Part shown: positions 36,554-46,526 of the stretch, in pieces
Numbering within the stretch: the stretch's first letter is position 1
Layout: each line of letters begins with the position of its first letter
Assembly (NCBI GenBank): GCA_964383365.1
Contig: CAYLHF010000012.1
Location: 8,745 to 72,744, forward strand
DNA: 64,000 nucleotides
Direction of reading: 5' to 3'
Source: an uncultured Rhodothermales bacterium
GTDB taxonomy: Bacteria; Bacteroidota; Rhodothermia; Rhodothermales; UBA10348
Translations under genes and position numbers: made by a program
Notes under the pieces: generated by a model
Told to the model about the DNA's origin: nothing
Databases searched by the model: none
What the model saw: the letters and a program-made list of their open reading frames with translations, nothing else

Positions 36554-39500
36554 TCATTGACTGTCCACGCCTTCGGATGAGATTCTGCGCGATGTCGGCG
36601 GCCAGATAGATAAAACGTCTCCGATCGGCGTTCCCGTCTGTGTCTCGTCAAGCTTTCGTATCAGGCGACGCTTCACCGTGTCCGCATCACCGCATACCGG
36701 GGAGAATTCACAATACGAGCACACGCCCGTAAACGCTCCGGACGGCACAAATGCCCCTTCATCGGTAAGACATTTGGCTGCCGAAATGAGGGACTCGATA
36801 TCGGCTCGAACCTCGCCGGGGTCTGCCGATATCCGTCGTCCCATCGTCTGTTCATTCAGAAAAAGGTACCCCGATTCTATCACGTCCTTTTCAAACATCG
36901 TCTCCACCGCATAGGCGTACAGCGCCCACTGCAGGTGAACGCCTCCACCCAGCAAGTCCTCAGACTCGTACGAGCCATCAGAACCTGTCTTGTAGTCCGT
37001 TATGGACAGGCGACCATCTGGATCCACGTCGATACGGTCGATTCTTCCCGTCAGGTTTATGTGCTCGTTACCCAGATCGATCTGGACGGATAGATTTTCA
37101 TGATCCGTTGAATCTTGCTCCGGGGAGGATATTACCCGTTCGACACCCAAGGGCACATAGTTACCTCTATTCGAGGTGCGATCGGCCATGTAGAGCAGAC
37201 TGATTCTCCTGAAGTAGTGCAGTTCCTTCTCGTAAACGGCCGCGTTTGGCGGGGCAGACAGGGCCGCATAATCATCTACCAGGGAGGTAAACAGGCTGGA
37301 AAGGCCGTCGACCGGGGCTGTGATTATCTGATCCCTGACAGCTGGTTCGACCCACCGACGCAGGCCTTCGTGAACGATGCGACCTCTTGTAAGTGGAGAG
37401 ATCCAGACCCCCTCGTCGATCTCGTCCGGTCGTGAGGCCTTAAGTACGTATCTGAGAAAAAACCTGTACGGACAGGAAAATAGTGTCTCGAGCCGGGACG
37501 CAGACACCTCCTGCCCGGTCAAGTCCGGGTCCAACCCTTTCCGGGATATGAGTCCATCGAATCCAGACCAGTCCGGGAGTTCTCGCGCGCGAATCGCCAA
37601 CCTGCCGGCTGCCAGATTACGATTGAGTCGCTCAAGATCTGCAATCGCCCTCGTATTCTTTCCAAGCGCGAGATAGACATCTGTACGGTCAAGAAAACAA
37701 CTCTTCGACTTGTTTCCCGGTATCCAGGAGACGATGGGAAGGTCCGTATCTCGAATGCTGTGTCGGGCCATTATTCCCAGCAGGGCTGCCGACGGAAACT
37801 GTTCGCGTCCGTCGGAGGGGTCGTAAAATGCGTATGAAAGACACCGATGACCGACGCTATTCGAAAGGGCATATTCCAGATACCATTGTCTCGACCGGGC
37901 AAAGCTTGAGGTCATGGATATCCGGGTTGACCCATCTCGTTCGACTGCTTCCCGGTCAGAATCCGGAAAGAACGGATCGTCCGATGCGTGGCGCCCGAAT
38001 GTATTGTCGTCGAGACCGACAATGAATGCGTGCGGTCTGCCTGAAAAGCCGCTTCCGGTCAGTGGGACTACATGAACCGCTCCCGGCGCTGCAGCCCGGG
38101 CACGAACAAAATGGTCGCCCAGGTACTCGATAGCCAGTCGTAGCAGTTCTGTCCGGTCGATCGATACATCAATCAAGTCAGACAGGCTGGTGAAACGCGA
38201 ACCGAGTTCGCGTTTCGCCACGTGTTCGAGATGATCGTCAGGCAGATGGGGCTCCAGCGGTACAAAACGATCCAGAAAGATCCGGACCAGATCCGAGAGA
38301 TCCCGGGGCGTCGCAACGCGATCAGGTCCACAAATCTTAAGCAACGGAGAAAGGTATTGCAGTACAGAGCGGACTCTGTGCGCGCTCCATGCCGTATCCG
38401 AAAACGGCGAATTTCCTCTGGCTTCGATCGCAACCCTTTTCTCCAGATGTCTGACGTATGCATCTGGAGTACCTGCTATTCGAACACCAGACAGGTAATC
38501 CGCTACCACCATATTTCGATCTTCAGGTTCTTCGCCGGAAAATGTCACCGCCAATTCGATAAACCGACCCCGTAATGCCTCGACCAGCACCTCGCTCGAA
38601 TACCCTCCCGCCATCCATTCCAGAAACATTTTCAGCGCCATACCCGATCGGGTCGACGTAACAGGCACTCCCGCTGCCAGGGTTATAGGGATATCATACC
38701 TGTTCGAGAGCGATCGGACAATCCGAACGTACGGGTCATAAACCGGATACGTAATCTCGACGTCATCAAATACCAGGCCCCGCCTGATGATCTCCTGAAA
38801 CACCCCCCTGATTTCGTTCTCGGGACCCACCGCTCTGAATATGATTGGGGATTCTGAGGAGCCAGGGGCGTCAGTGTCCGGTTCCGGAGTTATATCGGGC
38901 ACCTCTTCGGGGCGATGGTCTCTACTGAACCCATGCGCGAATCTATCGGTGGCACTCAGATGAAGGGGTGGCAGACGTTGGCCGGGTTGCGTCATCACTT
39001 CGAAACCGATACTCAGCCCGGCCACCTCTCGAACAAATCTGAATGCCAACTCACTCAGTTGAACAGACCCCACGACCACGAGATAGAACGGTGGGAGTAC
39101 ATCGGCTGTCCTCCCGATTCCTTCAACAACACGACGATATAGTTCCGCATCATCTATCTGATCATTAACATCCAGATACCCTTCATAGGCGCGATAGATT
39201 TTGCCGATGACACGTCGATGTTCTGATCGAGACACGCTACGGTACGCGTCAGCACTGATGTCTGCCTGTCTCAAATCTGTGATTGTCCGGGCCACATGTG
39301 AGGCTGATTTTCGAACGGGAGAGTCAGCGAGATCGGGCATCTGATCCATCAGTGACGCTACGAGAAACGGCACGGAGGCTGCGGAGAGTCTCCTATGGGT
39401 CGCCTGTTCCGGGTCCCGCTCATGGATATATGCGGCCAGGGAAAGCGTATTTTGAAAACTGACATTGATCGAAGAAAATCCAGCCCGGGCTGCGGCAATA

Positions 39501-39628
39501 CGAAGCTCCTGCCCACTCTGAGCAGACGGGGTAATCACGATTTTTTTTAGATAGCGGGTCGAAGGTCCTGAGAAGATGCCGCCGAGACGCTGAATTATAT
39601 TATGCTGATGCTGATTAATCACGGGCAA
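36554..39628 (-). CDS. addB: PD-(D/E)XK nuclease-family AddB-like subunit with Fe-S cysteine cluster
   Basis: The C-terminal region contains CPYRFFLRY ... ITDYKTG ... CSYCEFSPVCG, which is the 1+3 Cys pattern plus RecB-type nuclease motif of AddB. I saw no Walker A motif at the N-terminus. It lies immediately upstream of addA. Confidence 0.7.
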   Translation of the reverse strand: MPVINQHQHNIIQRLGGIFSGPSTRYLKKIVITPSAQSGQELRIAAARAGFSSINVSFQNTLSLAAYIHERDPEQATHRRLSAASVPFLVASLMDQMPDLADSPVRKSASHVARTITDLRQADISADAYRSVSRSEHRRVIGKIYRAYEGYLDVNDQIDDAELYRRVVEGIGRTADVLPPFYLVVVGSVQLSELAFRFVREVAGLSIGFEVMTQPGQRLPPLHLSATDRFAHGFSRDHRPEEVPDITPEPDTDAPGSSESPIIFRAVGPENEIRGVFQEIIRRGLVFDDVEITYPVYDPYVRIVRSLSNRYDIPITLAAGVPVTSTRSGMALKMFLEWMAGGYSSEVLVEALRGRFIELAVTFSGEEPEDRNMVVADYLSGVRIAGTPDAYVRHLEKRVAIEARGNSPFSDTAWSAHRVRSVLQYLSPLLKICGPDRVATPRDLSDLVRIFLDRFVPLEPHLPDDHLEHVAKRELGSRFTSLSDLIDVSIDRTELLRLAIEYLGDHFVRARAAAPGAVHVVPLTGSGFSGRPHAFIVGLDDNTFGRHASDDPFFPDSDREAVERDGSTRISMTSSFARSRQWYLEYALSNSVGHRCLSYAFYDPSDGREQFPSAALLGIMARHSIRDTDLPIVSWIPGNKSKSCFLDRTDVYLALGKNTRAIADLERLNRNLAAGRLAIRARELPDWSGFDGLISRKGLDPDLTGQEVSASRLETLFSCPYRFFLRYVLKASRPDEIDEGVWISPLTRGRIVHEGLRRWVEPAVRDQIITAPVDGLSSLFTSLVDDYAALSAPPNAAVYEKELHYFRRISLLYMADRTSNRGNYVPLGVERVISSPEQDSTDHENLSVQIDLGNEHINLTGRIDRIDVDPDGRLSITDYKTGSDGSYESEDLLGGGVHLQWALYAYAVETMFEKDVIESGYLFLNEQTMGRRISADPGEVRADIESLISAAKCLTDEGAFVPSGAFTGVCSYCEFSPVCGDADTVKRRLIRKLDETQTGTPIGDVLSIWPPTSRRISSEGVDSQ

Positions 39629-39793
39629 TTATTTTTCTGCTCTTACATCCATACCATGGGATCCGGGGCCGGATGAGCGAACTTGGATAGCCGTCGTTTT
39701 AGAATATAGATTTCTTCGTATGACACCTAGATGTCATAGGGTAGGTACTATTTTTCACCAACCACTTAATACTGATGCGGAGATTGTGTAGTC

Positions 39794-40609
39794 ATGAGTA
39801 AAGTAATGATAGCATTTGATGTCGAAACCACCGGCAAAAATGCTGAAACAGATCAAATCGTAGAGATTTCGATGTGTCTGTATGAAAACGGACAAGAGCG
39901 TAGCTATCACCGTCTTCTACGACCAAAGGTACCCATTTCAGAAGGGGCAAGAAACGTACATGGAATCAGCATGGAGGACGTAAAAGACGCCCCCGGATTT
40001 GGTGATGTGGCTGACGAAATTCTCGAGTTTCTGTCTGCAGCAGACGTGATTGTGGGATATAACGTCCGGTTCGACATTCGATTTGTAGAAAAGGAGTTTT
40101 CCCGTATCGGTCGGACCGTCGTACTCTATGAAAAGCTCGTCGTCGATCCGTACCGAATCTGGCAGGCGATGGAGCCCCGTTCACTGGTAGATGCCCATCG
40201 AAGATTCGTTGGGACGGAAATGGAGAATGCGCACAGCGCGGAGGCAGATGTTCAGGCCGCAGTCCGCGTCCTGCGAGGAGTCAGAAAATCCTTCAATCTA
40301 CAGGAAGCATCCTGGGAAGACCTGGCTCAGATTACCACACCCGAACTGGCCTTCTGGATCGGTTCCTCCGATCACTTTATCTGGGAAAATAACCGCGTGA
40401 CGGTGGGATTCGGCAAGCACGGAGGAAAACCTCTTTTCGATATTGTCCGAGATGCTCCGGACTATCTTAAATGGGTGATGGGAGCCAATTTCCCGTCGCA
40501 TGTTGGGAGTCTCTGCAAAGGAGCGCTCTCAGGCATAGACGAAGAGGAATTCAACAAGAGAATTGTAGCGTTTTATGGACCACCGCCGGAGGAAAAAAAT
40601 CCGTCGTAA
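39794..40609 (+). CDS. DEDDh 3'-5' exonuclease (DnaQ/epsilon-like) with C-terminal DUF3820/ExoX-C-like domain
   Basis: The exonuclease motifs are ExoI IAFDVETTG, ExoII VGYNVRFDIRFV and ExoIII HSAEADVQA. The C-terminal FGKHGGKPLFDIVRDAPDYLKWVM resembles the ExoX-like C-terminal domain. Confidence 0.8.
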   Translation: MSKVMIAFDVETTGKNAETDQIVEISMCLYENGQERSYHRLLRPKVPISEGARNVHGISMEDVKDAPGFGDVADEILEFLSAADVIVGYNVRFDIRFVEKEFSRIGRTVVLYEKLVVDPYRIWQAMEPRSLVDAHRRFVGTEMENAHSAEADVQAAVRVLRGVRKSFNLQEASWEDLAQITTPELAFWIGSSDHFIWENNRVTVGFGKHGGKPLFDIVRDAPDYLKWVMGANFPSHVGSLCKGALSGIDEEEFNKRIVAFYGPPPEEKNPS

Positions 40610-40740
40610 GGTTCGTACCTTCGAAGCGACCCGAAAGATCATTTTGCAGGAAATTTTGGGCGATCGCATCGGTAGCCACGTGAGTTGCGTTCCTGTTCTC
40701 TCATCCATTTATTCGGCTATTCATCATCATATGCATAGAG

Positions 40741-41166
40741 GTGTACATTATGTACAATCCTGATCTTCTGGCCGTTCTGATTGCAGGAATAATACCCATG
40801 GTCCTGGGAGCTCTCTGGTACGGACCGCTCTTCGGGAGTAAGTGGATGGAACTCATGGGTACGTCGGAGGAAGAGCTTCGCGATGGATTTAATCCACTCA
40901 AATCGTATGGCGTCACATTTGTTATGTCACTCGTGATGGCCTACGTACTGGCGCACATTTTGCAGGCGTTCGATGACGCGTATGCGCTCACCGGATGGGC
41001 AGCTGGTGTCAAGGGCGGTTTCTTTGTCTGGCTTGGATTTGTTCTGACGATCGGATGGCAAAACGTATCGTTTGAAGGGCAAAATATCGGCGTATACTGG
41101 CTAAACATGGCATATAATCTGGTTGCCCTGCTGGCGATGGGTGCCCTTCTTGGTGTCTGGAGATAG
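40741..41166 (+). CDS. DUF1761-family small membrane protein
   Basis: NPDLLAVLIAGIIPMVLGALWYGPLFGSKWMELMG plus three further hydrophobic segments fit the DUF1761 pattern. Confidence 0.6.
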   Translation: MYIMYNPDLLAVLIAGIIPMVLGALWYGPLFGSKWMELMGTSEEELRDGFNPLKSYGVTFVMSLVMAYVLAHILQAFDDAYALTGWAAGVKGGFFVWLGFVLTIGWQNVSFEGQNIGVYWLNMAYNLVALLAMGALLGVWR

Positions 41167-41317
41167 CTCCGGACGAGTGCGGATGCCACCTGGTGCGCAA
41201 CCGAATCAGACTGCCCGACGTACGCTCCGGGGGTAATAACCCGGGATTCGTACGGCGAGTGGTAGATCGTTTGTCAACGCAGCGCGTTATTCCAAAACCA
41301 GTACCCAGGAGTACCCG

Positions 41318-41545
41318 ATGACCAGCAAGTACGAGACATCGATTTACACCCGTAAGCAACTCGACAGTGCGCGTCAGAAAGCTCAGGTTATCGGTTGGGT
41401 GCAGGGGGCCGGGTCCATGTTCCTTCTTCTCATGTTGCTCAATTTCATCGGATGGATTCCAGCAATACTCCTGACCGGTCTCGCAGGGTTTATTGGCTTC
41501 AAGTTCTTTTCCCGGCGCTCCTCTGCAAGCGAAGAATCCGCTTGA
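41318..41545 (+). CDS. Small hypothetical membrane protein (two predicted TM helices)
   Basis: The 75-aa ORF has a hydrophobic core, GAGSMFLLLMLLNFIGWIPAILLTGLAGFIGFKFF. I recognise no family. Confidence 0.4.
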   Translation: MTSKYETSIYTRKQLDSARQKAQVIGWVQGAGSMFLLLMLLNFIGWIPAILLTGLAGFIGFKFFSRRSSASEESA

Positions 41546-41554
41546 TTTGTGGCA

Positions 41555-42322
41555 TCATATGACCCGTCTGGTCAGGAATATGATCGCAAGTACGATTACG
41601 ATGCCCAGTGTTCGCTGAATGGACTTTCCCGAGAAGCGGGCGGCGCCCAGATAAGATCCCAGTGCTCCACCGAGAAAGACGGCCGCGATTACAGGCCACC
41701 AGTACGACCAGTCCAGCGAATGATACTGGACGCGGGCGGCGACACCGGCAATCGAATTGGCCAGAATGAAGATTGACCCGGTAGCAGCTGCTTCTTTCTC
41801 TGAGCCCAGGTTGAAGACCAGAATCAGAGGTACCAGAAATATACCGCCCCCGATACCTACAATTCCGGCCAACATTCCGAGTATCGCACCGAGTACGAAC
41901 GGAAGAGCGCGTTTCATCGGGCCCGGCAATGCGTACTGGATCTGTACATCGGTCCAGAAGTAGATTCGAAAGGCCACGAATACAAGCGACGACAACAGTA
42001 ACCATTCAAAAACGACTCTTGAAATGGAGAGGGATCCGCCCAGAAAGGCCATCGGAATCGATGTTATCAAGAAAGGCAACACCAGACGGTAATTGACGTG
42101 CTTGAATCGAGCGTAATTCAGCGAACCAACAGACGTCACTGTAAGATTCAGGAGCAGAGATATCGTCGGTATTGATCCGAAACCGACTCCGGCAATTGAA
42201 AGCAACGCCGTGTAACTGGATCCGCCTCCCAGTCCGACCGAGGAATACATGAGAGCTACACAGAAGAACACGAGTGCAAGAATCCACACCAGCGAACCAT
42301 CAAAAAAAATAGATTCGACCAT
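41555..42322 (-). CDS. TauE/SafE-family anion (sulfite-type) exporter
   Basis: The 255-aa polytopic protein has the duplicated Gly-rich helices typical of TauE/SafE: VGLGGGSSYTALL and GIVGIGGGIFLVPLIL. Confidence 0.7.
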   Translation of the reverse strand: MVESIFFDGSLVWILALVFFCVALMYSSVGLGGGSSYTALLSIAGVGFGSIPTISLLLNLTVTSVGSLNYARFKHVNYRLVLPFLITSIPMAFLGGSLSISRVVFEWLLLSSLVFVAFRIYFWTDVQIQYALPGPMKRALPFVLGAILGMLAGIVGIGGGIFLVPLILVFNLGSEKEAAATGSIFILANSIAGVAARVQYHSLDWSYWWPVIAAVFLGGALGSYLGAARFSGKSIQRTLGIVIVLAIIFLTRRVI

Positions 42323-42483
42323 TGCGTCGATGTCTTTCCGCAGCCGTTCAGGCAGGATTCATTGAGACTTCAGCGTCGGCTATCGGTAGCAGTGAACGCA
42401 TCTGCTCTTCTGGAGGTGTCTTTGAAAACCTGTCGTCACGCGATCATTCGGTCTGACAGCTGTTTCCCTCGATGGACGCTAAA

Positions 42484-43485
42484 TCAAAACAGATCGATTT
42501 GACCGTTGATATGCAGGTCTTTACCAATGATCTCCATGTTGGCATTTACGACACGCGGATGGCATCCATTGCACGTAGTGACCTGAAGGTGTCCCTTCGG
42601 CGGTAGATCGTGGCACGTTCCGCACGCGGCCTGACCGCTTCCGACCTCCGTCCACTTCATCACCAGATGATTGCCTTCTATCTGCGGCGCGATATAAATA
42701 CCCGGGGCTGCACTGTCGGCCTTCTTGAATTCAAAATTTCCATGACAGTATACATTACTGCACGTATTGGCGACCGGATCATAGACCGGTGTAAGCGTGC
42801 CATTTGCCGTTGCGAACGAACTGAACAGAAGATCCGCACTCGGGGGACCACCATCCGTATGTCCCTCGGAAGAATACCGTTCTGGCTTGTTGTGACAGTG
42901 GCTGCACTCGGGATTCAGAATATTGGTCAGATCGCTTCCACCCATATGCGTCTGATGAGCCCCGACGCCCGGTGAGGTCGTTGAAATATTTCCACGCAGA
43001 TCTTCGGGAGGGGCAATACTTCCATCACTTCCGTGACAGGTCGTGCACGCTTCCGGGCCATCCACGTCCGTATGACACGTGAGACAACTCTTACCGTCCG
43101 TGCCATTTCCTGCATAATCGCTACCGTGGCAATTCTGACACACGGTAAGATCCCAGTGAACCTGATCCGCAACAGCCTGCGTGTGGAGATTGAGCCCCAG
43201 TGTGTCTGCAAACGCGGCAGGGTGTGGAAATACGCTGTGACATCCTGACGACTGACAGCTCACGCCGGCTACTGACCCTGAAAAGTCGTCGCCGTGACAC
43301 GTTGCGCAGGTCTCGGTCTTACCCGGAGTTTCCAGTACGAATTGACCGTGGAACGTCGACGATTGCGGATCGGCCCAGCCCGCCGGGTGCGTCGTAACGT
43401 CCGGGGGTTGAGCTGGATCGCTGCATGCGACAACGGTGATTGCCGCGAGAAAAAATAGAAAACCGCAAAAAAACCACTGCTTCAT
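42484..43485 (-). CDS. Multiheme c-type cytochrome lipoprotein (7 CxxCH + 2 CxxxxCH), OmcB-position of a porin-cytochrome triad
   Basis: The lipobox is AAITVVAC-S. Heme motifs are CATCH, CQSSGCH, CQNCH, CLTCH, CTTCH, CSHCH, CSNVYCH, CGTCH and CNGCH. The paired CxxxxCH...CxxCH arrangement recalls the Geobacter C4xCH/C2xCH domain. Confidence 0.8.
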   Translation of the reverse strand: MKQWFFCGFLFFLAAITVVACSDPAQPPDVTTHPAGWADPQSSTFHGQFVLETPGKTETCATCHGDDFSGSVAGVSCQSSGCHSVFPHPAAFADTLGLNLHTQAVADQVHWDLTVCQNCHGSDYAGNGTDGKSCLTCHTDVDGPEACTTCHGSDGSIAPPEDLRGNISTTSPGVGAHQTHMGGSDLTNILNPECSHCHNKPERYSSEGHTDGGPPSADLLFSSFATANGTLTPVYDPVANTCSNVYCHGNFEFKKADSAAPGIYIAPQIEGNHLVMKWTEVGSGQAACGTCHDLPPKGHLQVTTCNGCHPRVVNANMEIIGKDLHINGQIDLF

Positions 43486-43497
43486 AGTCTAATCAAT

Positions 43498-44463
43498 CTA
43501 CAGGGTAGAGTCGTGACACGTACCGCAGACCACGTCTGCATCATCCACGTGACATGACATACAGGTCTGAATATCATTAAGTGCCTCCAACCGGTGACGT
43601 CCTCCGTCGCCTTCGATGCGATTTACCCATCCCGGTGTGTGGCTGTGGGGCATCACCAGGTTTTGTGTGTGACACTCGGCGCAAAACGTCAAGTCGCTGT
43701 GGCAACTCTGGCACGTGACTTCCGCTGACTGTGCCTCCAGCGCATGCGTGAACTCCCAGTTGAGTGGGTGCGTACGTTCATCTATGTTCTCACTCTCATG
43801 GCAGTCCTGGCAGAAGTCGTCCTGATGACATGTCTGGCATGTCTTCTCACCATCGATCAGATTGGCATCGAATCGCGAGAGATCAGCATGAACTCTCCTG
43901 AAATCACCGTCATGACTCGGTGGCTTCAGTCGGTCCGTACCCAGATGACACGTCTGACACGTTACGGATACGGAACGATCCTCATGGCAGTCAAGGCAGG
44001 CCACCATCGAAGGCAACACGATAGGATCAACTTCCGTCTTCTCCGGCATCACGGCATGGCATGTTACACATGACAGTTCCGCCGTGAGATGTCTGTTGTG
44101 AGAAAATTTCTTGTTATAATCGACGATTCTGATCAACTCTACCGGAGCATCGCCGTTTTCGTGACACTGTACACAGTTGTCTGGATCCTCCACCTCATGA
44201 CAGTCCTCGCATGTCTCATGATCGGGGATCAGGTTGTCTGCCCCTGTTTCACTGTCTTCGGCGCTATCATGACAATCCAGACACTCCAATTCTTCCTGAA
44301 TAACGTGCCGCTCGTGTGAGAAGGTGAGGTTTTCTATCGGTGTGTTCTGGACGGAATCCGGTTGGATAAAATCAGACACGTCCGGCTGCAATAAAAAGAA
44401 CCCGACAATCAAGATGACGGCCCCCGGCAGCAACAGACGATTCAAGTCAAGATTCGATCTCAT
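43498..44463 (-). CDS. Dodecaheme c-type cytochrome (12 CxxCH), periplasmic/membrane-anchored
   Basis: It has an N-terminal hydrophobic anchor (LLLPGAVILIVGFFLL) and 12 CxxCH motifs: CLDCH, CEDCH, CVQCH, CVTCH, CLDCH, CQTCH x2, CQDCH, CQSCH, CAECH, CMSCH and CGTCH. Confidence 0.85.
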   Translation of the reverse strand: MRSNLDLNRLLLPGAVILIVGFFLLQPDVSDFIQPDSVQNTPIENLTFSHERHVIQEELECLDCHDSAEDSETGADNLIPDHETCEDCHEVEDPDNCVQCHENGDAPVELIRIVDYNKKFSHNRHLTAELSCVTCHAVMPEKTEVDPIVLPSMVACLDCHEDRSVSVTCQTCHLGTDRLKPPSHDGDFRRVHADLSRFDANLIDGEKTCQTCHQDDFCQDCHESENIDERTHPLNWEFTHALEAQSAEVTCQSCHSDLTFCAECHTQNLVMPHSHTPGWVNRIEGDGGRHRLEALNDIQTCMSCHVDDADVVCGTCHDSTL

Positions 44464-44493
44464 AGTAATAAATTAAAATCAGTGCGGGCCTGT

Positions 44494-45687
44494 TTATCTA
44501 AGCGCGTAACTGAGGCGAAGAAGCAATCTGGTATCGCTGGTGAAGTAAGAATTAGCTGTCTGCTGTACTCTCGCGTCAAATAACACATTCGAAACAGGCC
44601 TGTATTTGAAACCGCCTGAGAATGATGTAGCGTCCTCATTAAACGAGAGACTGCGCCTCTCGTAGCTGTAGTAGCTGCTGCGAATATTGACCTCAAAAGA
44701 ACGGGTAAGCGGGTACTTGAGGTCTCCGAAGACACCGGTATTATCCCCTCCAAACCCGGTCTTGTATACGAACCCTGCCGTCCCATACCGTGTGTCGGCC
44801 GAAATAAATACCTCATCGGTCGTGGATGTCTCTTTAAAACTCGTATGGACATATCGCACACCCAATTGAGCTGTCTTCGATCTCCACGACGCCCCGATAC
44901 GGAATTGATCTGCAGCCACGAGTTCAAAGAAATTGAAAAACGAATCTTCGAATACTCTCGGCTTCTGGCTATTGTACTCTGCCGAAATGGCCCATTTATC
45001 GGGACGATAGGTCAATCGATAACGCATGCGCTGGATGGTGGAAGCCTTCAGGTTGTATTCCAATTGAGCCTGATAAAACACATTCGACAACCACGTCCCT
45101 GCAATACCGGCACCCGCCTGCTGCCACGCATTCTGTCTTCCACTACGACGATTGATGAAACTGACGTCCAGTCGTGGACCACCGGAAGACGGTCGATATT
45201 CGGAATAAAACCCGATCAGACCGGCATCATCATACGACTGGACCGCAAGCGAGCGATTCCACGCAACCCGAGTCCCGCCGATTACCTGAACACTCCACTC
45301 CGGACGAGGCCTGAACGCCATCGATAGCCCGTCGAAGGAGCCCGAAAGTACGCCCCGATACAGGAACTGCCGACCCAGTCGGGAGACGAGTTTCCCGGAC
45401 GAACTTCGGTAATTCGCATACGCACTGTAAACGCGCTCCGTCCAGTCTCCAGGATCTCCCCGTCGGGCGATTCGGAAATTGGTCTTCAGCGTGAGTCTGG
45501 AGTTGGACGGTCTAACGCGGACATTAAACCCCTGAAAATAGTCCCATTGCTGATTCGACGATGCATTCTCGAGTCCATAAAGCATCGAATACACCTGGCC
45601 GTCTACGCGAGCCTGGCCACGTGCGCTTCCGAACTCCGAGAACAGCAAAAATAAAACCAGGATACCGCACAGAAGCGATCTACTCAT
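44494..45687 (-). CDS. Outer-membrane beta-barrel (porin-like) protein
   Basis: It has a signal peptide (LVLFLLFSEFGSARGQ), alternating hydrophobic/polar strands rich in Y/R/S/G throughout and no Cys. At 397 aa the size is compatible with a medium-sized barrel. It sits between cytochrome genes. Confidence 0.6.
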   Translation of the reverse strand: MSRSLLCGILVLFLLFSEFGSARGQARVDGQVYSMLYGLENASSNQQWDYFQGFNVRVRPSNSRLTLKTNFRIARRGDPGDWTERVYSAYANYRSSSGKLVSRLGRQFLYRGVLSGSFDGLSMAFRPRPEWSVQVIGGTRVAWNRSLAVQSYDDAGLIGFYSEYRPSSGGPRLDVSFINRRSGRQNAWQQAGAGIAGTWLSNVFYQAQLEYNLKASTIQRMRYRLTYRPDKWAISAEYNSQKPRVFEDSFFNFFELVAADQFRIGASWRSKTAQLGVRYVHTSFKETSTTDEVFISADTRYGTAGFVYKTGFGGDNTGVFGDLKYPLTRSFEVNIRSSYYSYERRSLSFNEDATSFSGGFKYRPVSNVLFDARVQQTANSYFTSDTRLLLRLSYALR

Positions 45688-45777
45688 GACTCACAGGCGA
45701 TTACGAATGATCATACGATCCGACCAAGAATATCAGATCTGTCGGACGAAATTCCTAATTCAGATCACCGCTCAACG

Positions 45778-46401
45778 CTACTTACCGGCCAATATTTCGG
45801 CTTTCGTAGCTTCCGGGATCGGATGGGCGATTTTGGCTTTAGCTTCCTCAAAGTTGAATCCTTTGAAAGCGGGGCTTTCGTCATTATGACAGGTGAGACA
45901 GGTAGCCTCATCAGGGATCTTGAGACCAACCGACTCGGGAGTAATCTCTCCCTTGACGAGTGCAATCATCGTCTTCTTTTTGTAGTAATTCTGTCCAGCA
46001 TTATGGCAGGATTCACAGCCTACGCCGTCCTCCATTTTGTATTTCTTTCCCAGAAATTCCGGATCGACACCGTAGCCAGTTACATGACATTTCAGACACG
46101 CTGGATCTTCCTGAGGACTGTCTATGCCGACAGCGGCACCGTATTCCTTCGCCTTGTCTCCCGCCAGGGTTTCATAGGCCTTCGCGTGGGCTGTTTTCTG
46201 CCAGATTCCGTACTGCTCACCCTGTTCCACTTTTTTGTGACAGGTCTTGCATTTTGCAACGCCCTGATACACGGCTTGATCGATTCCAACCAGGTCGAAC
46301 TGTCCATTATTTTGAACGACGCTCGACCTCATGGCCGTGTTCATGAATGAAAACCCGACGATCACGACCATCAGAAAAACACCGGTGATCTCCCGCTTCA
46401 T
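45778..46401 (-). CDS. Tetraheme c-type cytochrome (cytochrome c554-like family)
   Basis: It has an N-terminal anchor and 4 CxxCH motifs (CKTCH, CLKCH, CESCH, CLTCH). The spacing and the GVGCESCHNAGQNY context are as in c554-type proteins. Confidence 0.75.
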   Translation of the reverse strand: MKREITGVFLMVVIVGFSFMNTAMRSSVVQNNGQFDLVGIDQAVYQGVAKCKTCHKKVEQGEQYGIWQKTAHAKAYETLAGDKAKEYGAAVGIDSPQEDPACLKCHVTGYGVDPEFLGKKYKMEDGVGCESCHNAGQNYYKKKTMIALVKGEITPESVGLKIPDEATCLTCHNDESPAFKGFNFEEAKAKIAHPIPEATKAEILAGK

Positions 46402-46526
46402 TATTCTACCTCTAATTCCTTTGTAACGTTAGCCTATCCAGGCGAATATCTTTCGTTTGAAGGGTATCGCAGAATGTTCAGAGTATCAAATAGATCGGTC
46501 CTATTCGCGACATTTCATTACAAGAT

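Noticed and set aside
36544-36651. N-terminal extension of AddA overlapping addB by 98 nt
   Set aside because: The extension is Arg-rich (MTRHRRERRSE...). The ATG at 36543 begins 10 nt after the addB stop and precedes the conserved helicase N-terminus.
33181-39628. Helicase + nuclease pair as a possible phage-defence system (Gabija/Hachiman-like)
   Set aside because: The AddB-type Fe-S cysteine pattern, the DYK nuclease motifs in both proteins, the sizes and the addB-addA order all fit the housekeeping AddAB end-processing enzyme. Nothing points to accessory defence genes or a mobile context.
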